The position numbers and the translations under genes are program-made. A DNA stretch of 64,000 bases from an uncultured delta proteobacterium (GTDB taxonomy: Bacteria; Desulfobacterota; Binatia; UBA9968): assembly GCA_963760795.1 (NCBI GenBank), contig CAVXEP010000030.1:64001-128000 (forward strand). Direction: 5' to 3'. Each line of letters opens with the position of its first letter. Position 1 is the stretch's first letter. Shown in pieces: positions 1-9,648 of this stretch. The notes beneath the pieces were generated by a model, which was not told the DNA's origin, ran no database searches, and saw only the letters and a program-made list of their open reading frames with translations.

Positions 1-431
1 GCCCAAGTGCAATAGGCGGCGGCACCGTACCGGCTCATCTCACCGACAGGGTGATTCTCAAAACTTTCCTTAGGCAGCCACTTGCCGCCTCGATTGTGGA
101 CGAGAACGTCGGGATCCGCGACATCCAAATACATTTCACCGTTGGGTCCGGCGGGACCCTTTTCCTGGATGAACTTCGCATACTCTCTGGCGGTAACGAG
201 ATTTCTATCGATATGGAAGGCTGGGAGAAACAATTTGTGCGCTGGCGTTTCGTCTTTTGGCCCACTGTCTCGCCCCATCGTAAATTCCCCGGATGGGATG
301 ATAACCATTCCAGCAAACTTTCCCCCTTGAGTCTCCACTGCCGCGGCGGCGCGGATTTCCCGCGCAGCGATCATGGCAAGGAACGTAAACAAAATCGTCA
401 AAACTATCAGCTTCCGCGGGTTCGCAGCCAT
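1..431 (-). CDS. Formylglycine-generating enzyme (SUMF1/FGE-sulfatase) family protein, 5' part, runs off window
   Basis: Not in ORF track (no stop in window). Manual translation from ATG 431: signal-peptide-like N-terminus, then MVIIPSGEFTMGRDSGPKDETPAH...FHIDRNLVT...HPVGEMSRYGAAAYCTW. Confidence 0.85.
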   Translation of the reverse strand, partial: MAANPRKLIVLTILFTFLAMIAAREIRAAAAVETQGGKFAGMVIIPSGEFTMGRDSGPKDETPAHKLFLPAFHIDRNLVTAREYAKFIQEKGPAGPNGEMYLDVADPDVLVHNRGGKWLPKESFENHPVGEMSRYGAAAYCTW

Positions 432-594
432 GGCTGCGCTCTACCATGGCGGAATGTTGGATGGCAAGCGGTAATTCCTCGGTCAGCGAAAATCACAGGG
501 CAAGATTCGATCCCCAAGACTAACGCGAAGGTCGCTTGTTTTTTTTGAGTCTATAGATACCCCTCGAGTTCTAAGTGCAACAAGCGTGGAGCGG

Positions 595-674
595 GACGTT
601 GTTTACCAACTGGACAAATTCTGCCGCCTTTGACCTATGACCGGAAAATGGCCGCTGAGCAACGCTAGTCCACT
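595..674 (+). repeat. 80-bp direct repeat, copy 1 (copy 2 at 3628-3707)
   Basis: Manual alignment 72/80 identical, no gaps. Confidence 0.9.
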
Positions 675-751
675 TAGTAAAAGACGTCCAGTTATCCCCC
701 CTTCATTCTCCTGGTCCTGCTGCGACAATAGGTGCTGTCATTTCCAATCTG

Positions 752-778
752 CAGGATAGTCGGGTTATAAAAGTCTGA
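752..778 (+). repeat. Dispersed motif CARGATAGTCRRGTTATAAAAGTCTGA
   Basis: Also at 57988-58014 and, interrupted by a MITE, at 60034-60198. Confidence 0.85.
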
Positions 779-804
779 GCCTGTGTCCCCTTATTGATAT
801 CATC

Positions 805-2823
805 GTGGATATGGATAAACCGTTCGATCTACCGGCGACAACATCAGTATTCTCCCGAGCCTGGTACTCGTCTTCCATCGCCGACTTTCTACAAACCCAA
901 CCAGAGGCAATTATCGGGCGACTGGCAACAAACAGCGAGTTTTCTTTGCTTTCGACTCAAAAGGATGCGTGGTTGGTAGAAATTGGCTTCCTGCAAGAAC
1001 AGCTCACCGGTTTAACCGGTGCGTTGTTTTTGGAGTTCAACATTCCTCGGATGGGTCGGCGGATAGATGCAGTGCTGCTCCTCGGCCCTGTAGTGTTCGT
1101 GATTGAGTTCAAAATTGGTGAAAGCAATTTTGACCGCGCGGCGTCAGATCAGGTTTGGGATTATGCGTTAGACCTGAAGAATTTTCACGACGCCAGCCAT
1201 TCTGCTGCGATCGTTCCGATTCTCATTGCAACCGAGGCCAGTGAATCCGCCGAGTTGAAACTCTACGCCGATGCCGACAAGGTACACCGCCCCATGCACG
1301 TGCATCCTGGCGCATTTCGGCAAGCGATTGACCTTGGACTCCAGGCCGTAACCGACGCAAATATCGATAACCAAAAATGGCAGAACGCTCCGTATCGTCC
1401 CACGCCCACGATTGTTGAGGCCGCACGTGCTCTCTACGCGCAACATTCGGTTGAAGCGATCGCCCGTTACGATGCAGGAGCACAGAATCTGCGCGTCACA
1501 TCATCTCGCATTGAAGAACTCGTCGATGAGGCAAGAGCACAAGGGCGCAAACTCATCTGCTTTGTTACCGGTGTTCCAGGAGCTGGCAAAACACTGGTTG
1601 GGCTAAATGTTGCAACTCGACGCCGGGACATCAACCAACCGACACACGCCGTATTTCTTTCGGGGAACGGTCCGCTCGTGGCTGTGCTCCGTGAGGCGCT
1701 GACCCGCGACGAGGTCGCCCGTCAGAAAACTCTTGGCGTTCGAATACGCAAGGGCAAAGTTGGCGAGAGCGTCAAAGCTTTCATCCAGAACGTTCATAAT
1801 TTTCGCGACGAAGCTTTGGTCGACTCCGGCCCTCCGGCCGAGCATGTGGTGATTTTTGACGAAGCTCAACGGGCTTGGAATTTGCGACAAACCGCGAATT
1901 TCATGAAGCGAAGAAAAAATCGGCCAGGGTTCTCCCACTCCGAGCCGGATTTCCTGATTTCATGCATGGATCGCCACACCGAATGGGCGGTAATTGTTTG
2001 CCTTGTCGGCGGTGGACAGGAAATCCATTTAGGCGAAGCCGGCATCGATGCGTGGCTTGATGCTGTGAATTCGAGATTCCCACATTGGCACATGCATATT
2101 TCATCAAGACTCACCGATACCGAATATGCGGCTGGCAAGGTCTTGGAAGCCGTCCGCCAGCGGCAGAATACTCACTTTGACGACTGCCTGCATCTCGGCG
2201 TGTCAATGAGATCGTTCCGCGCTGAAAATGTGTCGGCGTTTGTCAAAGCGCTGCTGGACTGCGAAAAGCGACCAGCGCGAGAAGCCTTCATACAACTTGC
2301 AGATCGTTATCCCATCGCTGTGACCCGCGACTTGAATCGGGCCAAGCAGTGGGTTCGCTCCCATGCCAGGGGTACGGAGCGATTCGGATTGGTCGCCTCT
2401 TCGAAAGCGCAACGTCTCAAACCTCACGCGATTGATATTCGAGTGGACGTTGATCCGGTGCATTGGTTTCTCAACGACAGAGAAGATACCCGATCAAGCT
2501 ACTATCTCGAAGATGCTGCCACAGAGTTCCAGGTGCAGGGTTTGGAATTGGATTGGACGTGTGTGACTTGGGACGGCGACCTGCGGTTCACCGGATCCGG
2601 CTGGAGCTATCATGACTTTCGAGGTGATCGATGGATCAATATCGGAAATCTTGACAACCGACGTTACCTGCTCAACGCTTACCGGGTCCTGCTGACTCGC
2701 GCTCGGCAAGGAATGATAATCTTTGTGCCGACAGGCGAGCCGAATGATCCGACTCGGTCACCTGAGTTTTACGATTCAACATACAACTTCCTTATCAATG
2801 TGGGCGTTACGGCTCTGCGATAA
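805..2823 (+). CDS. DUF2075 / Schlafen group 3-like DNA/RNA helicase with N-terminal PD-(D/E)XK-like domain
   Basis: Walker A GVPGAGKT, Walker B IFDEAQR, QGLELDW and NAYRVLLTRARQG; N-terminal RRIDAVLL...VIEFK. Confidence 0.85.
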   Translation: MDMDKPFDLPATTSVFSRAWYSSSIADFLQTQPEAIIGRLATNSEFSLLSTQKDAWLVEIGFLQEQLTGLTGALFLEFNIPRMGRRIDAVLLLGPVVFVIEFKIGESNFDRAASDQVWDYALDLKNFHDASHSAAIVPILIATEASESAELKLYADADKVHRPMHVHPGAFRQAIDLGLQAVTDANIDNQKWQNAPYRPTPTIVEAARALYAQHSVEAIARYDAGAQNLRVTSSRIEELVDEARAQGRKLICFVTGVPGAGKTLVGLNVATRRRDINQPTHAVFLSGNGPLVAVLREALTRDEVARQKTLGVRIRKGKVGESVKAFIQNVHNFRDEALVDSGPPAEHVVIFDEAQRAWNLRQTANFMKRRKNRPGFSHSEPDFLISCMDRHTEWAVIVCLVGGGQEIHLGEAGIDAWLDAVNSRFPHWHMHISSRLTDTEYAAGKVLEAVRQRQNTHFDDCLHLGVSMRSFRAENVSAFVKALLDCEKRPAREAFIQLADRYPIAVTRDLNRAKQWVRSHARGTERFGLVASSKAQRLKPHAIDIRVDVDPVHWFLNDREDTRSSYYLEDAATEFQVQGLELDWTCVTWDGDLRFTGSGWSYHDFRGDRWINIGNLDNRRYLLNAYRVLLTRARQGMIIFVPTGEPNDPTRSPEFYDSTYNFLINVGVTALR

Positions 2824-2916
2824 TCTTCTCGGTCGGGGGATGGGGTGACATCATTGTTTTCGACAAAGGTAATCCATACCTGCAGGCCGTCAATTGAAAA
2901 CTAACCGGAGGCTGAC

Positions 2917-3318
2917 ATGGCAGCGGGAAAAAGCGTTCTTATAATTGGCTTCGAACCAACGCTTCTCGATTACTCCACTATCCCCGATTTGGACGCAGCT
3001 AAAGTCATGGCTCAGCTAAAAGCCGATGAAGCTCATTTACGGGGCTTGGGTTACGAGGTGGAACTGTGCTCGACGGATCTTGGCGAAACCGCCGAGGCAT
3101 TCGTTCTCGATCGACTCCGACGGAAACAATTCGATTGTATTGTTATCGGCGCGGGAGTGCCAACCCTACCGAAATATTTCATCTTGTTTGAAAAGTTGAT
3201 CAACGTGGTGCATGAGCATGCTCCTCAAGCCAAGCTGTGTTTCAACACCAAGCCGAGCGACACGGCTGAGGCAGTCCAGCGTTGGATCCGACTTGCCAAT
3301 AATACTGCTGCACCATGA
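2917..3318 (+). CDS. Conserved hypothetical protein (133 aa)
   Basis: GGAGG RBS; globular composition, FDCIVIGAG, LCFNTKPSDTAEAVQRW. Confidence 0.8.
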   Translation: MAAGKSVLIIGFEPTLLDYSTIPDLDAAKVMAQLKADEAHLRGLGYEVELCSTDLGETAEAFVLDRLRRKQFDCIVIGAGVPTLPKYFILFEKLINVVHEHAPQAKLCFNTKPSDTAEAVQRWIRLANNTAAP

Positions 3319-3385
3319 CCAGGCGCCGGCATGGGTCAAATCTCGTATTTCGATATTCGAGACTTTCACCGCGCTCACTGCGTAA

Positions 3386-3478
3386 TCAACGCGAGAGCGC
3401 GGTCCTGTTGTTTTGGTTTGGACGAATCAATCGGGATGACCCACCGAGCCCGGCTGAACGCCTGAGGAGCAACGATAG
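3386..3478. repeat. Dispersed repeat (second copy ~59592-59677), probable mobile-element end
   Basis: TCAACGYGAGAGCGCGGTCCTGTTGTTTYRGTTTGGA shared, with weaker similarity downstream. Confidence 0.7.
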
Positions 3479-3627
3479 ATCGGTCGCGTTAACTCTACTG
3501 AAAAGCATTAGCCCTTGCCCCGCGCCGCCATCCAGCTGGCGAGCAGTGCTCCCGTCCCTGCGGCAAAGTGCTCCGCCGCCATCGGCAGCCAAGTACCGTT
3601 TGCGACCAGGCCAGGACGCTGGAAACA

Positions 3628-3707
3628 GACGTGGTTGACCAAATGGACAAATTCTGCCGCCTTCGACCTCCGACCGGAAGATGGCCGCTGAGCAGCGCTA
3701 GTCCACT
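3628..3707 (+). repeat. 80-bp direct repeat, copy 2
   Basis: Matches 595-674. Confidence 0.9.
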
Positions 3708-3814
3708 CGTGTAGCCCCAGTTTTTCACACTATACGAACTTCCAACCAGAAGCCTCCCGGTGGCACGAATAGAATCGCGCGTTGAGCAAATCATAGTTGA
3801 TGAGGAGGCAAAGG

Positions 3815-3928
3815 ATGGAACGAGAACAGAAACGACTCCAAGACTTTCGGCGATTGCGTCAGGAAATACGCGGCTCCCAAGACTACCTGGTGGTAGGGAT
3901 CGATAGCAGCAAGGACCGTCATGACGCG
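3815..3928 (+). pseudogene. IS110-family transposase N-terminal fragment
   Basis: GAGGAGG RBS; MEREQKRLQDFRRLRQEIRGSQDYLVVGIDSSKDRHDA carries the VGIDxxKxxH first DEDD motif, then similarity stops. Confidence 0.75.
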
Positions 3929-4052
3929 TCACCTTATCCTTCTGTGAGCTTGTCCTGCGCGCGACCGGCTCAAGCCATCCAAGCAGATGAGATTTTTCGA
4001 CTAGGACTGCCACTGGCGTTGTGATACAGATTCGTAAATCCAGGAGAAGACC

Positions 4053-5168
4053 ATGACGAAGACAACAGTTTCTCTGTTCGCAATGGTGGTGGCAATTTTT
4101 GCCATGTCGCAGCCAGCATCCGCCGCCGAATGGCGCGGCGAATGGGAGACGGCGCTGCAAAGGGGCAAGGCCGAGGGCAAGATTGTGCTGGCGATTCCGC
4201 CCAGCGCTGAATTGAGAAAGGAACTGGAGCCCTTATTGAAACAAAAGTTCGGCATCGATGCCGAATTGCTGGTGTCGCGCGGCGCGGATTCGGCGAACCG
4301 GATCGCTTCGGAGTACAACGCCGGCGTGCGCACGATCGACGGCTTGATTCAAGGAACGACGACGGCGATGTCTCTGCAAGACAATGGAATGTTGGACGCC
4401 GTGAGCGCCTATATGATTTTACCAGAGGTGAAAGATCCCAAAAACTGGTGGGGCGGCCATATCTGGAACGATAACCTAAAGACCAATCGTTTCCTTTATT
4501 CATTCGTCGCCAACGCGGGCACTGAAGGGTTATTCTACAATGCCGATTTGGCGAAGGCGGATGAGCTACGCTCTTTCGATGATCTTCTCAATCCCAAGTG
4601 GAAGGGCAAAATTGGTTTGAACGATCCGCGCATCGGCGGTTCGGGAATCTCATTGTGGTCTTTCATGTGGGAGATCAAGGGCGAGGATTACCTTAGGAAG
4701 CTCGTGCAGCAAGATCTTTTCCTGAGCCGCAATCTTCGACAGGTCGCGGATGCGCTTGCAAAAGGAAAGCTCGCGGTGACCATCGGCCTCGGCCGCTCTG
4801 AATATGAGCCATTTCTTAACGCCGGCCTGCCGATCAAAGAAGTTCCGACCCCCAAAGAAGGGCTGCCGGCGAGCAGCGGCTACGGCGTGCTTGGGATCGT
4901 CAAGAACCCGCCCCATCCAAATGCAATGAAAGTGTTCGTCAACTGGTTTCTCGGCAAAGAAGGCCAAGAGTTTTACGCCAAGGTCATGAAGCAGGGAACG
5001 CGACGTCTAGACGTGGATACGAAATGGATGAGCCAGATCGGCGTCGATGCCGCCAAGGACGTCATGACTCTTGCGGACTATCACAGGTTGCGAAACCATT
5101 TAGAGGACAAAGTCATCAAAGTTCGCAGGCCGGCGGCCGAGTTTGCCGAAAAGATTCTCAGCAAATGA
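4053..5168 (+). CDS. ABC extracellular solute-binding protein (Fe3+/thiamine-type fold)
   Basis: Signal peptide; EGKIV, DDLLNPKWKGKI, PPHPNAMKVFVNWFL. Confidence 0.9.
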   Translation: MTKTTVSLFAMVVAIFAMSQPASAAEWRGEWETALQRGKAEGKIVLAIPPSAELRKELEPLLKQKFGIDAELLVSRGADSANRIASEYNAGVRTIDGLIQGTTTAMSLQDNGMLDAVSAYMILPEVKDPKNWWGGHIWNDNLKTNRFLYSFVANAGTEGLFYNADLAKADELRSFDDLLNPKWKGKIGLNDPRIGGSGISLWSFMWEIKGEDYLRKLVQQDLFLSRNLRQVADALAKGKLAVTIGLGRSEYEPFLNAGLPIKEVPTPKEGLPASSGYGVLGIVKNPPHPNAMKVFVNWFLGKEGQEFYAKVMKQGTRRLDVDTKWMSQIGVDAAKDVMTLADYHRLRNHLEDKVIKVRRPAAEFAEKILSK

Positions 5169-5363
5169 GTCTCCGTTCGGCAACACATCGAGAACGAATT
5201 ATTTTCTTTTGGTATCACAGCACGGGTTTACTCTTCAGATTTTACAAAAGTTTCACAACGGCGATTCCCCAATGCTAAGCGAATATTCCTTGACAAGCCG
5301 TCTTCAAAGTCAGTAGATTTCGTCGATCGATTTTTGATTCGATTGGCTTCGAGGTGAGCAGCA

Positions 5364-6473
5364 GTGGCAAAGTGGCGTAAATTTATCATCCCTTCGAGAC
5401 CGACTTGGCTGGTCATTTTGAGCTTCGGCGTAGCCTCTCTTGCTCATGCTCAGACCGCTCAGTGGCAGCAAATCGTCGCGGCGGCGAAAAAAGAAGGCAA
5501 GGTGGTCGTTTCAATACCTGCGGGCGCCGAATTGAGAAAGAGCTTGAAGGAGGTTTTTGAGAAGCGTTACGGCATCGAGTTGGAGCTCGTTACCGGCCGT
5601 GGCACAGCCATCGCCAAGAAAATTGCCGACGAGTTTAGAGCCGGGCTGCGGCTCACGGATGTCCATACGGGAGGATCGGGACCAATTAGTTTTGGTTTGG
5701 CCGGCATGCTCGAGCCGGTCGAAGCGCAATTCATTCTTCCCGAAGTCAGGGATGCTAAAAACTGGTGGGGCGGCCATATGTACGTGGATAAAACCAAGCG
5801 CTATGGCTATTCATTCCTCGCCTTTGTTCAGGACGCTCTCTGGTACAACAGCGATCTCATAAAACCGGAAGAGTTGCGCTCGCTCGACGATCTTTTGCAG
5901 CCCAAGTGGCAAGGCAAGATTGGCTACAGCGATCCGCGGCGCGGCGGCGCTGGACAAGGTAACTGGACTTTCTTGTGGAAAACCAAGGGCGAAGAATTTC
6001 TCAAGAAGCTGGTGCAGCAAAATTTGCTGATCATGACCGAAGAGAGACCGCTTGCCGAAGCCTTGGCGAAGGGTACTGTCGCTCTCACCATCGGTCTGGA
6101 CATCGACAATTTCGTGTCCTTCGTGAAGGCTGGACTTCCGGTCAAGCCGCTGCCGCAACTCAAAGACGGCATTTATCCGGTTACCGGCTCCGGCGTGCTC
6201 GCGGTAATCAAGGATCCGCCTCATCCCAATGCCACCAAACTCTTCGTCAATTGGCTGTTGAGTAAAGAGGGACAGGAGACCTATCAAAATGCCATCGGGG
6301 AACCGACGCGGCGTCTCGATGTCGAGGTGTCGAAAGAACCCTATGCGCTCAGGCCGGCGCGGGAATTCATGAGCGTGGAGCAATATCATCGCCTCGAGGG
6401 TCACAGCGAGGAAAAGCAAGACACGGTTCGCAAGCCGGCGTTAGCCGCGGCGGAGCGCTTGATCAAGCAATGA
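5364..6473 (+). CDS. ABC extracellular solute-binding protein, tandem paralog of 4053-5168
   Basis: Signal peptide; AAKKEGKVV, KNWWGGH, PPHPNATKLFVNWLLS. Confidence 0.9.
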   Translation: MAKWRKFIIPSRPTWLVILSFGVASLAHAQTAQWQQIVAAAKKEGKVVVSIPAGAELRKSLKEVFEKRYGIELELVTGRGTAIAKKIADEFRAGLRLTDVHTGGSGPISFGLAGMLEPVEAQFILPEVRDAKNWWGGHMYVDKTKRYGYSFLAFVQDALWYNSDLIKPEELRSLDDLLQPKWQGKIGYSDPRRGGAGQGNWTFLWKTKGEEFLKKLVQQNLLIMTEERPLAEALAKGTVALTIGLDIDNFVSFVKAGLPVKPLPQLKDGIYPVTGSGVLAVIKDPPHPNATKLFVNWLLSKEGQETYQNAIGEPTRRLDVEVSKEPYALRPAREFMSVEQYHRLEGHSEEKQDTVRKPALAAAERLIKQ

Positions 6474-6506
6474 ATTTATATTGGGAAAACAAACAGGTGG
6501 GGCAGC

Positions 6507-7229
6507 ATGAGCGACAACGAAGAACTCAAAGATAAATTATCCACCGCGGTGCAAATCCTGCGATGGGAATTGGCAGACATGTGGGGCCATGTGGCCTGTC
6601 GCTCGCCGCGCGGCGATAGTTTTCTTATCATGCCGATGCGGCCGCCCTTCGACCCCGAACTCGCTGACGATGAAATCCTCGAATACGATTTCGCCGGCAA
6701 AAAGATATCCGGCCGGCGTGATCCGCCGGAGGAAATTTATTTCTTCACGTCATTGTTCCAAAAGCGTCCGGATACCGGCGCCGTGATTCACTGTCATCCA
6801 CCGGTGGCGGTGTCGCTGATCGCGACCGGCAAGAAAATCGTGCCGATCCATCAGCATTCGATCAAGTTCGGCAAAGGAGTGCCGGTGAGCCCATGGCTTT
6901 ACGGCACCTATCATGAAGACGGCGAGCGAGCGACCAAGGCCATGGGACAGAGTTTCGCGCTGATGATGAAAGGACACGGGGCCAACGTAATCGGCAATAC
7001 GATTCAACAAGCTTGTCTCAACACGGTTCACCTGGAGCGCACGGCAAAGATGCTCCTGTGGGCACAGAGCGTCGGAAAAGCGAGTCCGATTCCGCGGGCC
7101 GTGGTCAAGAAGTACGAGCAAGTCGAAGCGGAGCGTGCGACGGCAAGAGGTTCCAGGCCGCCGCGTTCCCCGGAATGGAATTTCTACGAACGGCTGATCA
7201 AACGCGGCGAACGCTGGAATACATGGTAA
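6507..7229 (+). CDS. Class II aldolase/adducin family protein
   Basis: WGHVACR, AVIHCHP, MKGHG. Confidence 0.88.
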   Translation: MSDNEELKDKLSTAVQILRWELADMWGHVACRSPRGDSFLIMPMRPPFDPELADDEILEYDFAGKKISGRRDPPEEIYFFTSLFQKRPDTGAVIHCHPPVAVSLIATGKKIVPIHQHSIKFGKGVPVSPWLYGTYHEDGERATKAMGQSFALMMKGHGANVIGNTIQQACLNTVHLERTAKMLLWAQSVGKASPIPRAVVKKYEQVEAERATARGSRPPRSPEWNFYERLIKRGERWNTW

Positions 7230-7403
7230 ACCTCAGAGTTCCGTACCGGCCTTTCAACAAATGAAAATTTTATTCAAGAAAGCTATGTAGGAGAGCGTAT
7301 TCTACGCGTAGAAGTTGGTTTGGTTTGCGGAACGTGATCTGCTCACTGAGCAGCAAGTAGGGTTTTCAAGAGAATCGGATTCAGCAAAAAGGAGTTGAAC
7401 GCT

Positions 7404-8009
7404 ATGGCTAGGATTCTGATGATTGGCGGAGACGGCAGCAGCTGTGGGCATGTGGACTACGGCTATTACCGTATGAAGGAAGAGGGTTACGAAATCGTCC
7501 TCGCCGCGCCCGAGAAACGGCAGTTGAAGGCCGTTGTTCACCAGGGCGGACGGGGATTGCCCGGATACGAGGAACTGCCGGGTTACATCATCGAGGCCGA
7601 CGCATCGTTCCATGATATCGATCCGGCTGACTTCGACGCGCTGCTTCTTCCTGGAGCCCGAGCGCCGGAGTACCTGCGCAACATTGACCGCGTCAACGAG
7701 GTGGTCCGCCATTTCCTTGACACCGACAAACCCATCGGCGCGATCTGCCACGGCCCGCACCTGCTCCTATCGGCAGGGGTGACGGGACGGCGCATGACCG
7801 CCGTGGATGGGATCAAGACTGAGGTAACCCTGGCAGGGAACACCTACGTGCAGGCGGGCAGTGAGCCCGTGATTGATGGAAACATCGTTACTGTGTGGAG
7901 GACCCCGTTCTATCATGTGTGGACGCGGGCGTTTCTGAAGATGCTCAGGGAGCGCGGCATCATGCCCGAAAGTGAGACGCCAAAGGCCAAGGCGGCTGGC
8001 GCAAGATAG
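7404..8009 (+). CDS. DJ-1/PfpI family protein
   Basis: PGARAPEYLR, IGAICHGP; AGGAG RBS before ATG 7404. Confidence 0.9.
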   Translation: MARILMIGGDGSSCGHVDYGYYRMKEEGYEIVLAAPEKRQLKAVVHQGGRGLPGYEELPGYIIEADASFHDIDPADFDALLLPGARAPEYLRNIDRVNEVVRHFLDTDKPIGAICHGPHLLLSAGVTGRRMTAVDGIKTEVTLAGNTYVQAGSEPVIDGNIVTVWRTPFYHVWTRAFLKMLRERGIMPESETPKAKAAGAR

Positions 8010-8301
8010 AGCGATGTTGGCGCTTCGAGTCCCGCTGCGGATCCAATAAGAAGTCACGGCTGTCGCGGGTGGGCAATGCTCGCCTGCTGGCTGATTTTGG
8101 CATCGCATGGGATAGATCGTTGAGGAACTACGATCTCTCTTATGTGATGGAGCCAATGGGGAATGTTCATCGTTAAGATCCCCATTGGCAGCTCCAAGGA
8201 AGACAGCTGCTGCTTCGGCGGTTGGCCGCCGATAGCGATCTGCACGGTCCTGGAAATGTGGCAGGACGAGAAGCCCGTATGGCAACATAAGGAGAAAAAG
8301 A

Positions 8302-8868
8302 ATGACACGCATATTGATCATAGCCGGAGATTTTACCAGCAGCGGCCAGCTGCAGTATTCCTACTACCGCATGAAGGAAGAAGACTTCGACGTAACCATC
8401 GCAGCGCTCGAGAAGAAGCGCTTGAATACCGTTATTGACATGCGTGAGGAAGGCTGGGATCTGGATACAGAACGGCGTGGATATTCATTTGACTCGGATA
8501 TGACTTTCGCTGAAGTGGATCCGACCACCTTTGATGCTCTCATTCTGCCTGGCTGGCGGGCCATAGAGTACCTGCGAAATAATGAGCGCTGCGTCGATAT
8601 CGTTCGGCACTTCGTTGAGGCAAACAAACCGATAGCGGCCATTGACCAAGCTCCGCGCTTACTTATTGCCGCCGGCGTACGGGGTCGGCGCATGACTGGT
8701 ATCGAGATGATCAAGACCGAGATTGCACGGGCGAATACCTACGTCGACGCTGGAAGCGAGCCGGTTGTGGATCGCAACATCCTCACTGTCTCGCGGCGCC
8801 CATACTACGACGTCTGGATGCGCGAGTTCATGTCAATGCTGAAAGAGCGGAGGCTCGCAGGCGTCTAA
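8302..8868 (+). CDS. DJ-1/PfpI family paralog lacking the nucleophilic Cys
   Basis: Aligns to 7404-8009 throughout; AAIDQAP replaces AICHGP. Confidence 0.88.
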   Translation: MTRILIIAGDFTSSGQLQYSYYRMKEEDFDVTIAALEKKRLNTVIDMREEGWDLDTERRGYSFDSDMTFAEVDPTTFDALILPGWRAIEYLRNNERCVDIVRHFVEANKPIAAIDQAPRLLIAAGVRGRRMTGIEMIKTEIARANTYVDAGSEPVVDRNILTVSRRPYYDVWMREFMSMLKERRLAGV

Positions 8869-9077
8869 CCACCCTACGTTCTTCAGCCCTACGGAATACC
8901 GTATTCATCACGAGGTTCATGCCCCGACACTAGCAGCAAAGAAGCTTCCAGGTTTTGGCTCCATCTATCTCCCGTCCAGGGAGGGGCCCTGTCCCAGGTC
9001 ATCGGGCACGTGCCCGGACCCGCTGGGTTCTAAGCTGCAGCGCATGGGTTCAATTACGCATATTGAAGGAGACACCC

Positions 9078-9524
9078 ATGAGACGGATTCTTTTCGTGCT
9101 GGTTGCAGTTATAGCGTTGGCCGGCGTGGTCGCCTACATGGCCCCCGCATCTGGACAGACCGATAAGCGGACAGGGGACGCCCTGGCGGGCAAGCTTGCT
9201 CGGCGCGAGGTCCAACGCTCGCCGTTATCGATTCCAAGCCGCGAGATGGTCCAGGTGGAGACGTTGATTCCGGCGGGAGTCGAGTCCGGATGGCACGTTC
9301 ATCCAGGAGAAGAGGTCGGCTACATCATCGCAGGCCAGGTCGAGATGAGGGTACAGGGACGTGCCACCGTAGTACTGCGCCCAGGGGATGGATTCCTGAT
9401 CCCGCCGCGGACTCCTCATAATGCGCGCGACATCGGCCCGGAAACCGGCAAGATGCTGTCGACGTATATCGTCGAGACAGGCCAGCCGATCGCTACGTTC
9501 GTGGATCAACCCGTTCAGCGCTAG
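9078..9524 (+). CDS. Exported cupin domain protein
   Basis: AAGGAG RBS; signal peptide; WHVHPGEE...PH. Confidence 0.85.
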   Translation: MRRILFVLVAVIALAGVVAYMAPASGQTDKRTGDALAGKLARREVQRSPLSIPSREMVQVETLIPAGVESGWHVHPGEEVGYIIAGQVEMRVQGRATVVLRPGDGFLIPPRTPHNARDIGPETGKMLSTYIVETGQPIATFVDQPVQR

Positions 9525-9648
9525 GGCGTGCGACCGAGAGGCGTAGGATTTCACCTGTTTACGATCGCTCAGCAGTGGCAGCATTGGCGCAGCGCGAAAT
9601 GTTTATCTTATTCATCAGTAGTTCCAAACTTCAACAGGAGGTTCACAG

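Noticed and set aside
51-548. 165-aa plus-strand ORF
   Set aside because: Shadow of the FGE-family gene on the minus strand
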